Part shown: positions 1-13,148 of the stretch, piece after piece
How the letters are laid out: each line of letters starts with the position of its first letter
Position numbering within the stretch: position 1 is the first letter of the stretch
NCBI RefSeq assembly: GCF_001194135.2
Contig: NC_068985.1
Span: forward strand, 17,233,461-17,297,460
Length of the DNA: 64,000 nucleotides
Direction of reading: 5' to 3'
Origin: Octopus bimaculoides
Taxonomy: Eukaryota
Translations under genes and position numbers: made by a program
The notes under the pieces: model-generated
Told to the model about the DNA's origin: nothing
Databases searched by the model: none
The model's input: the letters and a program-made list of their open reading frames with translations, nothing else

Positions 1-368
1 GTGGTTAGGGCAGCGGACTCGTGGTTATAGGATCGCGGTTTCGATTCCCAGACCGGGTGTTGTGAGTGTTTATTGAGCGAAAACACCTAAAAGCTCCATG
101 AGGCTCCGGCAGGGGATGGTGGCGAACCCTGCTGTACTCTTCCACCACAACTTTCTCTCACTCTTACTTCCTGTTTCTGTTGTGCCTGTAATTCAAAGGG
201 TCAGTCTTGTCACACTGTGTCATGCTGAATCTCCCCGAGAACTATGTTAAGGGTACACGTGTCTGTGGAGTGCTCAGCCACTTGCACATTAATTTCACGA
301 GCAGGCTGTTCCATTGATCAGATCAACTGGAACCTTCAATGTCGTAAGCAATGGAGTGCCAACAACAA
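1..368 (+). mobile_element. tRNA-derived SINE family S1 (5' cut by window edge)
   Basis: Near-identical to 7101-7491 and 31571-31958, (CAA)n tail. Confidence 0.85.
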
Positions 369-1755
369 AGAAAGTAGTAGATTGATAGAATTAGTAGAGT
401 GCAGACAAAATGCAGGATACATTTACACTGAGTTCAAATCCTTCCAATGTCAATTTTATCTTTCATCCTTCTGAAATCAATAAAATAATTATCAGTTGAG
501 TATTGAGGTTGATCTAATCAGTCAGACTCATACCCAACATTTGAGTTTCTGTGCCTATGTAAGAAATCAATGTTAAATGCAATTACAAGTTACATGTATA
601 TGCAACAAGGTTCAAACTGTTTGTAAAATAAAGAGGAAAAAAATAATGATTAAAAAAAAAAATCTTGAAAATATTAGTTTTTAATGATTGCATATATTAC
701 AAATTTAAACAAATATTAAACTTTTACAGAATTAATAGTTTTTATCAAATAGTTACTACTGATTAAAGAAGGCTTAGATGATAAAGTAACATAACAAAAA
801 TTAAAAAAAGAAAGATAAAATTCAATTCATTGAATAAATCTTAGATTCCAAAGTGTAACAAAATTTATTCAAACTCTCCTGTCCTTCACNNNNNNNNNNN
901 NNNNNNNNNNNNNNNNNNNNNNNNNNNNNNNNNNNNNNNNNNNNNNNNNNNNNNNNNNNNNNNNNNNNNNNNNNNNNNNNNNNNNNNATATATATATATA
1001 TATACAGCAACATAAAAGATTCTGAAAACTCAGCAAATAATATATATAAAAAAAACATGGAGAAAATGAGACAGTGGTGTCTTGTTATCTGTTATTAAGA
1101 GTTAGTGGATAAAAGAGTTGAATATTTAAATATTATATTTAGGTTCACATACCATTTTATTTCAGCAATAGGTAAGCATTTACTGTTGTTGTTGTTGATG
1201 ATGGTGGTGGTGTGATGATATTTATGATCATGAGACTGATTGTGATGATAGGGCAAGAGGAGGTGGAGGTGGACACCATTTAATTTTTCAATGTGGTAGT
1301 GTTTGTTGATTAGTCTATCACAATATTTATGAATAATTTACAAGCTTTGATGAAATGATTTTTCCAAGTTAACTTACCATCACAGAATCAAGATTGCTAA
1401 CCATCAAAACCAAACAGTTATTATTATATCTGCTTCTTAAATTTGTTTACATTAATAAGCATATTTTCATTTTGAATTTTTTTTTTTTTTTCAAGAAAAA
1501 AAAAAGTTCATCTTTCAAATTTTCAAACAAATAGTTTATCCACAGATGCATATAAATGTTTATCAAAATATTAAAATGTATTAATATCTAGATTCAAAAT
1601 AACTGCTTTAAAAACAATACAAACAAAAGAAAACCCTCAACATCTATTCTTAAATATATTTTAAAATACATCAATATAGGATTAAATCATTTAAGACAAG
1701 TTCAATATATAATAAATTCTAAAGCAAACACCAACGTAAAATAAGAATATCATAC

Positions 1756-1809
1756 CTGGCAATATGGTAATAATTATTATATGGAAGAACATTTAGTATC
1801 AAAATTTGC
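1756..1809 (-). CDS. Candidate 54-nt exon of an unidentified gene (QILILNVLPYNNYYHIA)
   Basis: Acceptor gtttacag, donor CAG|gtatga, only one of three frames open. No homology recognised. Confidence 0.2.
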
Positions 1810-2264
1810 CTGTAAACGATAAGCTATTTTCATTAGTTATCCTATTGTGGTATTCAGAAATATATTACTCTGCATTTATAGATATCTTGAATGTACAACT
1901 ATTTGCATATGTATTCATAATATAAAAACCTAAATATGAAAAAGAATTATACACACGCACAAATTAAATAAGAGTTTGATTCAGTTCCGTGAGCATAGAA
2001 CACATCCACATCATCAAATGTTCCAACTCTCACTTTGAATATCTGATGGTGTGGATATATAATACACCCATGAAACTTTGAGTCAAACTGTTATTAAATT
2101 TACATAACTCCAAGTAAATGTTGGAGTCAGATCCATGGGAATGCAGCATACACACACACACACACAAAGGAATAAGCAATTATGTTATAAACTAGGTAAT
2201 GAAGTTCATAAAATAATTGTCTATTCCTTTCTCATTCTGATTTCTTATTACCACCCTGTACTCA

Positions 2265-2450
2265 ACTGATGTTTCGCCAACACTACACCTGATATCCCCG
2301 CCTCCATACACATGCACACATCTATATCATGACTCATACACTGTTCACTTCCCTGACTTTTGTACGTAATTCTATATACTGTACATGCACCTTTAATGAG
2401 TTGTTGTGCACCTGAGCACCATACACAATAATTTCATTATTATTATTATA
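2265..2450 (+). mobile_element. CR1-type LINE 3' UTR fragment
   Basis: Clearly alignable to 9305-9490, ending aataatttcattattattatt. Confidence 0.55.
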
Positions 2451-2533
2451 TTCTGAAGCATTTGTATATTGTGTTCTAACACCAAGTTACTATTGCTATG
2501 CCAAGGTGAATTATTAATACATACACACACAAA

Positions 2534-2595
2534 CAAGTCTGATGAGTCGCTTATACTGCTAAGCGCTTTATAGGTGTGAAACCATGGTCACTATG
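2534..2595 (+). ncRNA. Type-I hammerhead ribozyme motif with canonical core and palindromic stem III
   Basis: CAAGU-CUGAUGA-GU-CGCUUAUA(loop)UAUAGGUG-U-GAAAC-CAUG-GUC-ACUAUG. Stem II has 8 pairs and ACCAUGGU is a palindrome. Confidence 0.65.
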
Positions 2596-4117
2596 ACTGG
2601 TCATAACTTTTAATTTACTAAAAAATTCATACATACATATACATATATAAATACACATATATATATATACACACCCACGTGTATGTATATGTGAAGTGAG
2701 TGCAAGAGAAATGGTAAAATTTTCATGAGTAAATCAGTCAAAAAATAACTTAATGTGTCTTACTGGATAAAACATTTAAAAATAGAAGACTACACTTATC
2801 TATTTAGTTTCTTCATTAAAATTATTAAAAAGAGGAGAGAGAATTAGAAAATTATAGTAGTTTATTTGGAGAATGAGTATGACAGGTGCTCTGGAGTGAA
2901 ATCAGTAACACGGTCAGCTTGAGTCTCGTTAGTGGGCCTGTTATTTTGTCTCAAATTGGTGCTTATAATATCTAATACCGAAAAGAAATTGTTTCTTATT
3001 TTTCACTTACAGTTCCTGCATTTAGGCAAATTTAATTTACTGTTCATTTAGAATTTATAAATCTAATTACTACTAACCAATACTACATGAAAATTTTCTT
3101 TCAAAAAAAAAAAAAAAATCTACCAAACTCTATATACCATAATTGGTGCTATTTTTGTTTTATATTACATTAATTTCAGCTATAAATTGGTGCTTGATAT
3201 CTTAACAAGAAAAATTATTTTACTGTTTACCTAGAAGTGTGTTATTTGAAATGTTAGAAAATTTCTGAATATAAATATATTTCAAAGAGTTAGATATCAT
3301 GTAATACTTCTGAAGTATCTTTTCAATTAAAATGCTCTATAAAGTCATTCATATCAAATATCAGTTTAAAGACAAAAATAAAATAAAAATATAATGATTA
3401 ACTTCATATGTTTAAATGTTTAATTTATTTAAAAATTTTTACTAAATATTTTTATAATTAATAAAATGAATGTTTTTTTTATGTGTGTGTGTGAGAGAGA
3501 GACAGTGAGTGAGTGTTCGGGCGCGTGCGCGTGTGCAGTTAGTGAATACAAGGGACATAACCTCATCAAACTGATATTGTCAACTACTGGAAGCACTATC
3601 TAGCAAAAACGTCAACAATGAAATACTGGATAATAAGTCATTTTACATATGTTTAGATGCAGTAAAATTACTGTGCTGGTGACAAGAATAAATGACATGG
3701 CAAAGATAAAATTATGAAATGATAAAATAAAATGCACATGGCATAGCATTAACGTCTTAATGTAACCATAGTCACAAGATAATTCACATAATTGCTCTCT
3801 GTTGTTAATAACTTAATAATTTATATTGTCCCTTATTCGAAACATAAATAGTTTTAATAACACAAGTGGAAGAGGGGATATTAATGCTGAGAAGTTATAG
3901 ACACTAATTACTGTAACTGAACAATTAGAACATGAAATCCTCTTGACTGGAAAACATATATTCTTAAGATTTTTTTTTATTTGCTGGAGTTAGACATGAA
4001 TGAATTTAAGTGTTGAAAAGTTGTCATTATAGAAAAATTTTGCAGAAAAGAGATTAACATTGAGATAAATACATTATTTACATTTGACGGATATTTGTCC
4101 TCATCTTGTTTGTTGTT

Positions 4118-4163
4118 AACACAATGTTTCGGCTGATATACTCTCCAGCCTTCATCAGGTGTC
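4118..4163 (-). ncRNA. Minimal type-I hammerhead ribozyme motif (family H1, left arm of copy A)
   Basis: GACAC-CUGAUGA-A-GGCUG(gagaguauau)CAGCC-GAAAC-AUU-GUGUU. Stems I and II pair. Stem III carries a CpG-type G>A change. Confidence 0.7.
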
Positions 4164-4365
4164 TTGGGGAAATTTCAAACCTGGGTTCTCATTCCAAAGG
4201 TATTTTTCTATGTTAATAATATTATTATTATTATTATTCTGGTCACTGCTTGGAATCGAACCCCAAGATTCCAAGTTCGATTCCAGGCAGTGACTTGAAT
4301 AATAATAATAATAAAACATCGAAAAATACCTTCGGAATGAGAAGCCAGGTTTGATATTTTCCCAA

Positions 4366-4411
4366 GACACTTGATGAAGGCTGGAAGGTATATCAGCCGA
4401 AACATTGTGTT
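4366..4411 (+). ncRNA. Minimal type-I hammerhead motif (H1, right arm of copy A), core C3>U
   Basis: GACAC-UUGAUGA-A-GGCUG(gaagguauau)CAGCC-GAAAC-AUU-GUGUU. Confidence 0.6.
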
Positions 4412-4980
4412 AACAACAAACAAGATGAGGACAAATATCTGTCAAATGTAAATAATGTACATCATTCCTCATCTCTTAAATATAGAACTGCATTAAGATA
4501 AAATCTATAAAGGATTTCAATATAACTATATGATTATTTAATGAATGGTGTGAGATTTTTTCTTCCTTTTTGTCTTGCTATTTACCCAACAACCTCAACA
4601 GTACAGGGGACGGGGCATGAGAAAAAAAGCACCCTGTGCACACTGTAAAGTACTTCGCATTAAGAGGGGCATCTAGCTGTAGAAACCCCACCAACAGACA
4701 CTGGTGCTTGGCACAGCCCCATTGTTAGCTGGATCCTGGCAAATCATCCGACCCATACTAGCATGGAAAGCAGATGTTAAATGATAATGGTGAGAAGGAA
4801 TAGGATACTTGAGAGACAAAAATATTCCAAAATGACTTACCTAAAGACAATTTGATTAATGAAACATTAACAAATGTAAGAGACTGAAAAAACTGGACTG
4901 ATCCACCTTTTAAGACTTTTCATAAATATCTTGGTTTGACAGTATCAAGGTCTTCCAAATGCAGTCATCAACAACACCTC

Positions 4981-5191
4981 CTGACTGGCCTTCATGCCGG
5001 TGGCACGTAAAAGCCCCCACTACACTCTCGGAGTGGTTGGCGTTAGGAAGGGTATCCAGCTGTAGAAACTCTGCCAAATCAGATTGGAGCCTGGTGTAGC
5101 CATCTGGTTCACCAGTCCTCAGTCAAATCATCCAACCCATGCTAGCATGGAAAGCGAACGTTAAACGACGACGACGATGATGATGATGATG
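4981..5191 (+). mobile_element. RTE-type 3' end repeat (family S2)
   Basis: GTTGGCGTTAGGAAGGG...CGTTAAACGA(TGA)n, many near-identical copies in the window. Confidence 0.8.
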
Positions 5192-5650
5192 AATAAAATG
5201 ACTATTTTATGATGTAGAGACACTGCAAAAACGACTGCAGAACTACACAGCCTGAGAAAGTTAACTAGTGGGACACAATTTAAGAATCGCAGCAAACTGA
5301 AACTTCTGCTTAAGAAGTGGCTTTAATACAACCAAGAGAAAAAACATTCCATACTATAAAAAGACCAACTCCGTATTTATGTAAAACGGAGGGAGTACAT
5401 CTGAAAGATATACCCCCTTGAATTGAAAAATAATGAAGACAATCAAAAGATCATGGGTGGGACTATTCTAAACATTGGATAACAGAAGTGAGAGAGAAAA
5501 GACTTGTGAATCTGCTACATAATACAAATACAGGATTATCAGTCTCTCAACTTTCATTTGTTCTAATGTGGACAACCAAATTAAGAGAACTCCTAAAGTC
5601 AATAGAATAGAATCCTCTGCAATCTTCCAACAAAAACTTTCCAGAGGCAT

Positions 5651-6040
5651 ACTTTTCATCTTTCACTTGTTTCAGTTATTTGACTGCAGCCATGCACCTT
5701 GAAGTGTTTTAGTTGAACAAATCAACTTTAGTAATTTTTGTTTTTTATTTGGTACTTATCCTATCAGTTTCTTTTGCCAAACAGCTAAGTTATGGGGGAC
5801 ATAATTAAACCAACACTAGTTATCAAGTGTAGTGGAGAGGACAAACACACACTGACATATATACATACATGCATACATACAATGGACTTCCACCCTATTT
5901 CCATTTACTAAATTCACTCACAAGCCATTGGTCTGCTCAGGACTACACTAGAAGCCACTTGCCCAAGGCACTGTGTAGTGGGATTGAACACAAGACCATG
6001 TGGTTACAAAGCAAGCTTCTTAACCACACAGCCATGCCTA
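5651..6040 (-). mobile_element. SINE S3
   Basis: Reverse-complement homology. Confidence 0.75.
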
Positions 6041-6221
6041 GATTCTAGTTAAAAAAAGAAAGTTTTTTTTTTCTCTAAGCATGTTTTGACTGGCTAAATA
6101 CTAAATAATAAAATAACTAGAACAAAGCCAATGTTAACTTATTTGATATCAAGGGACCTAACACCTTTTCTGTACAGAACCTTAAACCCTCCCATCATAA
6201 TTTTATGCATCTTTTATTTTT

Positions 6222-6562
6222 TTTACCTTCTACTTGTTTCACTCATTAGGCTGTAGCCATCCTGGGGCTCCACCTTGAAGAAGTTTAGTTGAACAAATCA
6301 ACCACAGTGCTTTTTTTAAATCTGGTGCTTATTGCACTAGTCTCTATTGCTAAACTGCTAAGTCATGGTGACTTAAAACACAACACCAGTTGGTGGGGGG
6401 GGGGAACACAGGTACAATGTCACACACACATAGGCACAAAGACAAACACACACACACACGACAGGTTATTTTCAGTTTCCATCTATGAAATCCGCTCACA
6501 AGGCTTTGGTTGGCCCAAGGCTATAATAGAAGACACTTGCTCAAGTTCCCACACAGTGGGAC
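6222..6562 (-). mobile_element. SINE S3 (head missing)
   Basis: Reverse-complement homology. Confidence 0.75.
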
Positions 6563-7100
6563 TGAACCCACTATTTTCAAACTGAATGGAAACACCAAGA
6601 CAAGGTTCTTCAAACATCGCCATTAAAAAGGGTTAACTGTAAAGTACCCCATAGTTGCCATGTTCTATTTGTGAAGTCACAAATTCAATAAACTGAAAAT
6701 ATACTAATTTGTTGACTATCTTTCAGTTCTAAATAAATATTACATTCAAATATTCAATATAAATAAAAACAGAATCGAGAGGATAGGCACTACTAATTAG
6801 GTGGGTTGGGCGAGATTCCAGACGATGAAAATATAACTTTTTGAAATTACAAACACAGACACACCAACATTCTTTATGGTATTGCATTTCTTGACATACG
6901 ACTATACTTGCTTGTCAACATTCAAATTCTGAGAAATAAAATAAAAAAATTAAAAAAAGCTATGATGGTGTAAAACAAATTAAAAAGAAATATTTTCAGT
7001 GTTTACATTTATGAGTTACAGTTAATAGTAGATTGACACTATTTTCTCTTTTCTTTTCCCAATACATTTTTGTCAGATTTATTTAATATATAAGTGCAAA

Positions 7101-7491
7101 AGTGGAGGCGCAATGGCCCAGTGGTTAGGGCAGCGGACTTGCAGTCATAGGATCGCGGTTTCAATTCCCAGACCGGGTGTTGTGAGTGTTTATTGAGCGA
7201 AAACACCTAAAACTCCACGAGGCTCTGGCAGGGGATGGTGGCGAACCCTGCTGTACTCTTTCACCACAACTTTCTCTCACTCCTACTTCCTGTTTCTGTT
7301 GTGCCTGTAATTCAAAGGGTCAGCCTTGTCACACTGTGTCATGCTGAATATCCCCGAGAACTACGTTAAGGGTACACATGTCTGTGGAGTGCTCAGCCAC
7401 TTGCATGTTAATTTCATGAGCAGGCTGTTCCAGTGATCAGATCAACTGGAACCCTCGACGTTGTAAGCGACGGAGTGCCAACAACAACAAC
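7101..7491 (+). mobile_element. SINE S1, full length
   Basis: A box TGGCCCAGTGG, B-box-like GTTTCAATTCC, (CAA)n tail, 9-bp TSD aagtgcaaa. Confidence 0.9.
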
Positions 7492-7709
7492 AAGTGCAAA
7501 CACAGCTGTGAAGCTAAGAAGTTCACTTCACAACCATGTGGTTCTGGGTTCAATCCTACTGCTTGGCACCTTGAGTGAGTGTCTTTAACTGTGGCTTTGG
7601 GTTAGCCAATGACTTCTGAATGAAATTTTGTATATGGAAAGATACAGAATAAACAGCTTACTGTATATGCATATAATTTTTCTTATAGAGATTGAAACTT
7701 TGTCTAGTA

Positions 7710-8024
7710 CAGGGCTGACGAACCTGAGGCCCATGGGCCGCATGCAGCATGTAGACTTTTATTTTGCAGCCCACTTGATACTTTCTTGAAGTATTGTGTT
7801 TAATTTCAAAATAAAACATTTGTTTCAAAATAAATTTAAAATTTATAGGTGGAAATAAAGCATTAGCCTACAGTTTTATAATTTCAAACAAACAAAATCT
7901 ATGAAAAATTCTTGATTCTGTAATTTGATTGTTTGACCATTAGAGCATAAAGTATACAAGTGACCCTCAAAAAGCTTTCTGTGATGAAAGTGGTCTGCAT
8001 TGTAATTCGAGTTGACCAGGCCTG
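7710..8024. mobile_element. hAT-Charlie-type MITE
   Basis: Termini CAGGGCTGACGAAC / GTTGACCAGGCCTG, subterminal GGCCC motifs, 8-bp TSD gtctagta/gtctagaa (NTCTAGAN target). Confidence 0.75.
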
Positions 8025-8196
8025 GTCTAGAAGCTCAAGTTTCAGTGGCCCAAAATTCAAGTTGAGAAACAAAATCTCAGCTTCAGTTCCAATAGAAGAA
8101 CCATATCCTTTGTATCACTGAGCACTCCTTTCTCAATTGTCCAACATAAAACAATGTGTGTGTGTGTGTATATATATATGTGTGTGTGTATATATT

Positions 8197-8238
<42 letters not shown>

Positions 8239-9179
8239 ACAACTAATAATATGTATGAAGAAAATTATATCTTAATTTTAGATCACACCTTAAAAATCCA
8301 ACAACTGTTTAAATTGCATTAACATACATATATATATATATATATATATNNNNNNNNNNNNNNNNNNNNNNNNNNNNNNNNNNNNNNNNNNNNNNNNNNN
8401 NNNNNNNNNNNNNNNNNNNNNNNNNNNNNNNNNNNNNNNNNNNNNNNNNNNNNNNNNNNNNNNNNNNNNNNNNNNNNNNNNNNNNNNNNNNNNNNNNNNN
8501 NNNNNNNNNNNNNNNNNNNNNNNNNNNNNNNNNNNNNNNNNNNNNNNNNNNNNNNNNNNNNNNNNNNNNNNNTATTCATACACATACATATTATCAAAAT
8601 TAATAATAATACGTATGAAAATTTATGGTAACATGCTATACATGAGGATTTACCTGGAATTTGCATTCTACATACATTTACTGGTATCTACTTCCTGAAA
8701 ATTTAATCTTATTCCTTTATACTGAGTACTTGATATCTGCCCGGATTTTTTATCCCGTTTTTTCTTATATATATATATATTTATTCAATTTGGATATAAA
8801 CCCTGTATTTTGCATTACAAAGCTCAGCTACTGGTAGTAGCTAACAAATGCTATCATACAGTGAGTTTGATTATATCACTGGATATACATCTGGAATTCC
8901 ATAATATTCATAGAGTTTATACAAAAATATGAAAAACAGAAAATGAATAGAGCAATATGCTTTACTGCATAACACTACAACTGTTTTAATGTCAATTCAC
9001 CAATAGAAATATTACTTAAGTATTATATAAATATAGCAAGATTGATACCTAATGCTTCAGCAATGTTTTACTGGTGAATCGACATTGAAGCAATTGTAGT
9101 GTTATGCAATAAAGCATGTTACTCAATCCATTTTCTGTTATTCATGTCTAACACAAGTAGGTATGCCTACAAAGTCAGA

Positions 9180-9490
9180 AAACAGCACAGCTCCCATGAC
9201 GTTCAGAAACATTTTTCCACACTTGGAGTTGCTGAAGCATGGCACAAACTACCTGCATCAGTTGTTAGTTGCTGAGACATTGCATCCTTTAAAACCTACA
9301 TGCTTCCTGAAATTTGCCAACACTACACCTGATACCCCACCTCCATATGCATGCAAACATGTAGATCATGACTCATACACTGTTCACTTTCCTGACTTTT
9401 GTACATAATTCTATGTACTGTACATGCACCTTTGATGAGTTGTAGTGCACCTGGGCACTATACACAATAATTTCATTATTATTATTATTA
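9180..9490 (+). mobile_element. CR1-type LINE 3' end
   Basis: AEAWHKLPASVVSC..SFK C-terminal motif, 3' UTR and (ATT)n tail. Homologous to 2265-2450. Confidence 0.6.
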
Positions 9491-12400
9491 TAAGGTGCAG
9501 GCACTACTGTGTGGTAAGTAGCTTGTTTACCAACCACATGGTACTGGGTTCAGTTCCACTGCGTGGCACCTTGGGCAAGTATCTTCTACTATAGCCTCAG
9601 GCCGCCCAAAGCCTTATGAGTGGATTTGGTAGACAGAAAGAAGCCCNNNNNNNNNNNNNNNNNNNNNNNNNNNNNNNNNNNNNNNNNNNNNNNNNNNNNN
9701 NNNNNNNNNNNNNNNNNNNNNNNNNNNNNNNNNNNNNNNNNNNNNNNNNNNNNNNNNNNNNNNNNNNNNNNNNNNNNNNNNNNNNNNNNNNNNNNNNNNN
9801 NNNNNNNNNNNNNNNNNNNNNNNNNNNNNNNNNNNNNNNNNNNNNNNNNNNNNNNNNNNNNNNNNNNNNNNNNNNNNNNNNNNNNNNNNNNNNNNNNNNN
9901 NNNNNNNNNNNNNNNNNNNNNNNNNNNNNCTCTAAATGAAGTATTAACAGTAACTGCACGATAAAGTGTAGTATATTGCCACTTAAGTGTGGCTGACCCC
10001 TAGGGGTGGATATTACTGTTGCTTTTAGCCCCAGGAAGACATCTCCTCCAGCTGGCTTATCGACACACTACTGTGTCCTGTTTGCCAAGGGAAGTTATCC
10101 CTCCCATCATGATCTGTAGCACGAACAGACATACATACGATGTATGTATGTATGTGTGTGTGTATATGTGTGTCTGTGTTTGTGCCCCCACCACCATCGC
10201 TTGACAACTGATGTTGGTGTGTTTACATCCCCATAACTTAGCAGTTCCGCCAAAGAGACCAATAGGATAAGTACTAGGCTTACAAAGAATAAGTCCTAGG
10301 GTTGATTTCTTTGACTAAAGGCGGTGCTCCAACATGGCCACAGTTAAATGACTGAAAAGAGTAAAAGAATAAAAGAATATGATGATGACGAAATAACTAA
10401 TTTGGCATTACTTAAGTTTTATGATCATTGTGTGCTTTATCTAAATGTTCCTTTATCCAAAGAACCCAATTGGATGTTGGGAAAACTCCAGAATGACAGT
10501 CAACTGGATCAGTCAAAATGAACACGTGTGTGTGTGTGTGTGTGTGTGCACTTGTGAGCCACACAGAAATACATCAGGAAGAAAAGCGATAAAGGAAAAA
10601 AAAAAATACCTTGTGATATTTGTTCCACCCGTGTTTCACAGACAACTCCTTGTTACTCTTGTCCTCAGAAACAGAATGAACCAATGATTGGCCTATTAAG
10701 AAATCTATAACCAACAAAGCTATTGTTCTCAAGATGTATGAAAAAAAAAAAAGAAAACTAAATATGAACATGAAATTACAACTATAAAAACATAAATAAG
10801 AGAAAAACAAACAATATTTCTATAATAAGAACCTTTGTTCTTATCTGTTGGTCATGTGCTGTCGGCTTTTTCTAGCATATCATTCACTGTTCAGTATGTC
10901 AGTAGCAGTGTTTGTCTGTTTCACTTCTTTTAATAGTATTGTATGCTCCAAGTGCCATCTTTTCCTTTCTCTTTAGCTGATTCTTCGTATATACACAAAC
11001 ACACTCTCTCTTTCTCTATTTATCTATCTATCTATCTATCTATCTATCACTCTACGTTCATATTCCTTTCTTTGTCTTCTTATCCTTCGTTTTAAGAATG
11101 GGGAATTTTTGAACACACACACACAAGCATATTACAGTCTATAAGTAATCAGGAAGAATCTAATTCAAAAGACATTCATAAATGGCATCAAATCTTCTAC
11201 ATATATGACAAGGACAGAATCATGCCAACAAAGAAGCCTCAACATGGTCACTGGATCTGCTAGAAACAGTAACCAATTATCCCCCAAATCTTATAACTAC
11301 AGTAGTGGGGGAGAAACACATACATCATCATCATTGTTTAACATCCACCTTCTATGCTAGCATGGGTGAGACGGTTTCACAAGAGCCGGCCAGGCAGGAG
11401 CCTGCACCAAACTTGTGACTGTTTTGGCAGGATTTTTACAGTTGGATGCCCTTCCTAACACCAACCACCCAACAGAGTGGACTTAATGCTTTTTACATGG
11501 CACAAGCACAGGCTAGGTCAGTTTTGGCAATGTTTTTACAACTGGATGCCCTTCCAAACACCAACCACTTTACAGTGTGGACTGGGTGCTTTTAAGTGGC
11601 ACCTGCACTGACAGGGTCACCAAGTACTTGCAAAAAAAAAAAAAAAAAACTTTCAAGAGGGGAGGGGGTATTGGAGGAGGTGATCTTGTGTCAGATGATG
11701 AAAGGTTATAGTGAGACAGAGAGACAGAAACAGGTGTCTTGCTGTAGATGAAGTACAAGGTTATCTGTCTGGAGAGAGAGATCAGGAATGAAGACAGAGA
11801 CAGGTGCACTACCGCTAAGGAAATACATGGTTACCCAACCTGAGGAAGTGCAGGAGAAGGAGAGAGAGAGAGTAGGAGATATATACATAGATATATATAC
11901 GACAGGCTTCTTTTAGTTTCCATCTACCAAATCCATTCACAAAGCTTTGGTCAGCTTGAGACTATAATAGAAAACACTTGCCCATGGTGCCACACAGTGG
12001 GATTGAACCTGGAACCAAATAGTTGGAAGCAAAATTTTTACCACATAGCAATGCTTGCACTTAAGCATTCACACAGTTTTGAATTAACCATGCTTTGAGA
12101 TTTCGATAATGTGATTGTTTATTTTTAAGATGACATTGTGGAGTAAGTGTAAGAAACCAGATCTGGCCATTTTGAATGTAAAACCAGTAAGATTATTTGG
12201 GCCCTGATATGGCTAGTTCAAATACTAAAGGGTTAAATGTTAAAAAGTTTTTGAATATATAAATAAAAACATGTAAAAAGTTGTGTTAAAAACTAGCTGA
12301 GACATTACTAAAACTGAGTTAGAAGTGAAATGTCTAAGGGGAAATCACCAGATGTGAAATGTCAAAGGTGAAATGTCAGAGGAAGCCTTTTAATTGTTAA

Positions 12401-12561
12401 TGATAAATATTGGGGACTGCTACAATCCCAAAATCTGCTTTTAAGATAACATTATTTGTTTACATTTATAATTTGGGACATTTCTAAAATTTGATTTTCC
12501 ATATATTCATTAAACTGGTATTTATATTATTACTGTGTTAATTTATGTTTATCTTTTTCTT

Positions 12562-12922
12562 ATTTCAGTTGGTGCACTGTGGCCATGCTAGGGCACTGCC
12601 CTGAAGGATTTAATCAAACAAATCAACCCCAATCCTTTTTTTTATTTACCTTTTTAAGGCCGGTTTTTATTCTATCAGTCTCTTTCACTAAATCACTAAG
12701 TCACAGGACATAAACCAACACTGGTTTCCAAGTAAGGGAAGGGAGGACAAAGACACACACACATCTGGCTTCCACACAGTTTTCATCTACCAAATCCACT
12801 CACAAGGCAGTGGTTGACCAAGGGCTCTAATAGAAAGCACCCAAGTTGCCCCACAATGGGAGTGAATACAAAATCACATGATTACAAAGCATGCATTTTA
12901 ACCACATACCCATGCCTGCACC
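12562..12922 (-). mobile_element. SINE S3
   Basis: Reverse-complement homology. Confidence 0.7.
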
Positions 12923-13148
12923 TATCTATATAAAATGTGTTTGGTGAAGTGTGATCATTGTTTCAGTTATTTAGTTAAAATTTTTGGTGGTGTCGCTTTG
13001 TTTGGATCATAATATCCCCCAATTACCCACCTTTCAAATATATATTTAGTTTTATAATATACAAAGGTATATTATATCTTTTATGGTAAAGATAATGTTA
13101 GCATGTTTCAGTGTAGTGAGCATTGAAACTGTAATTGGAAATGAATAT

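Larger units (their letters stand above)
4070..4490. mobile_element. Fold-back tRNA-headed, HHR-bearing element (Penelope-type non-autonomous / SINE-like), copy A
   Basis: ~190-bp inverted arms (4070-4261 / 4275-4459), a 31-nt unpaired 3' tail, and TSD cattgagataaa (4058-4069) / cattaagataaa (4491-4502). Homologous to 47485-47881. Confidence 0.85.

Noticed and set aside
1166-1171. Plus-strand 6-nt microexon (ttttatttcag|CAATAG|gtaagc)
   Set aside because: No supporting plus-strand gene, and such motifs are expected by chance in AT-rich DNA.
8654-8694. 41-nt minus-strand exon-like segment
   Set aside because: Stops in all three frames. It cannot be supported without RNA data.
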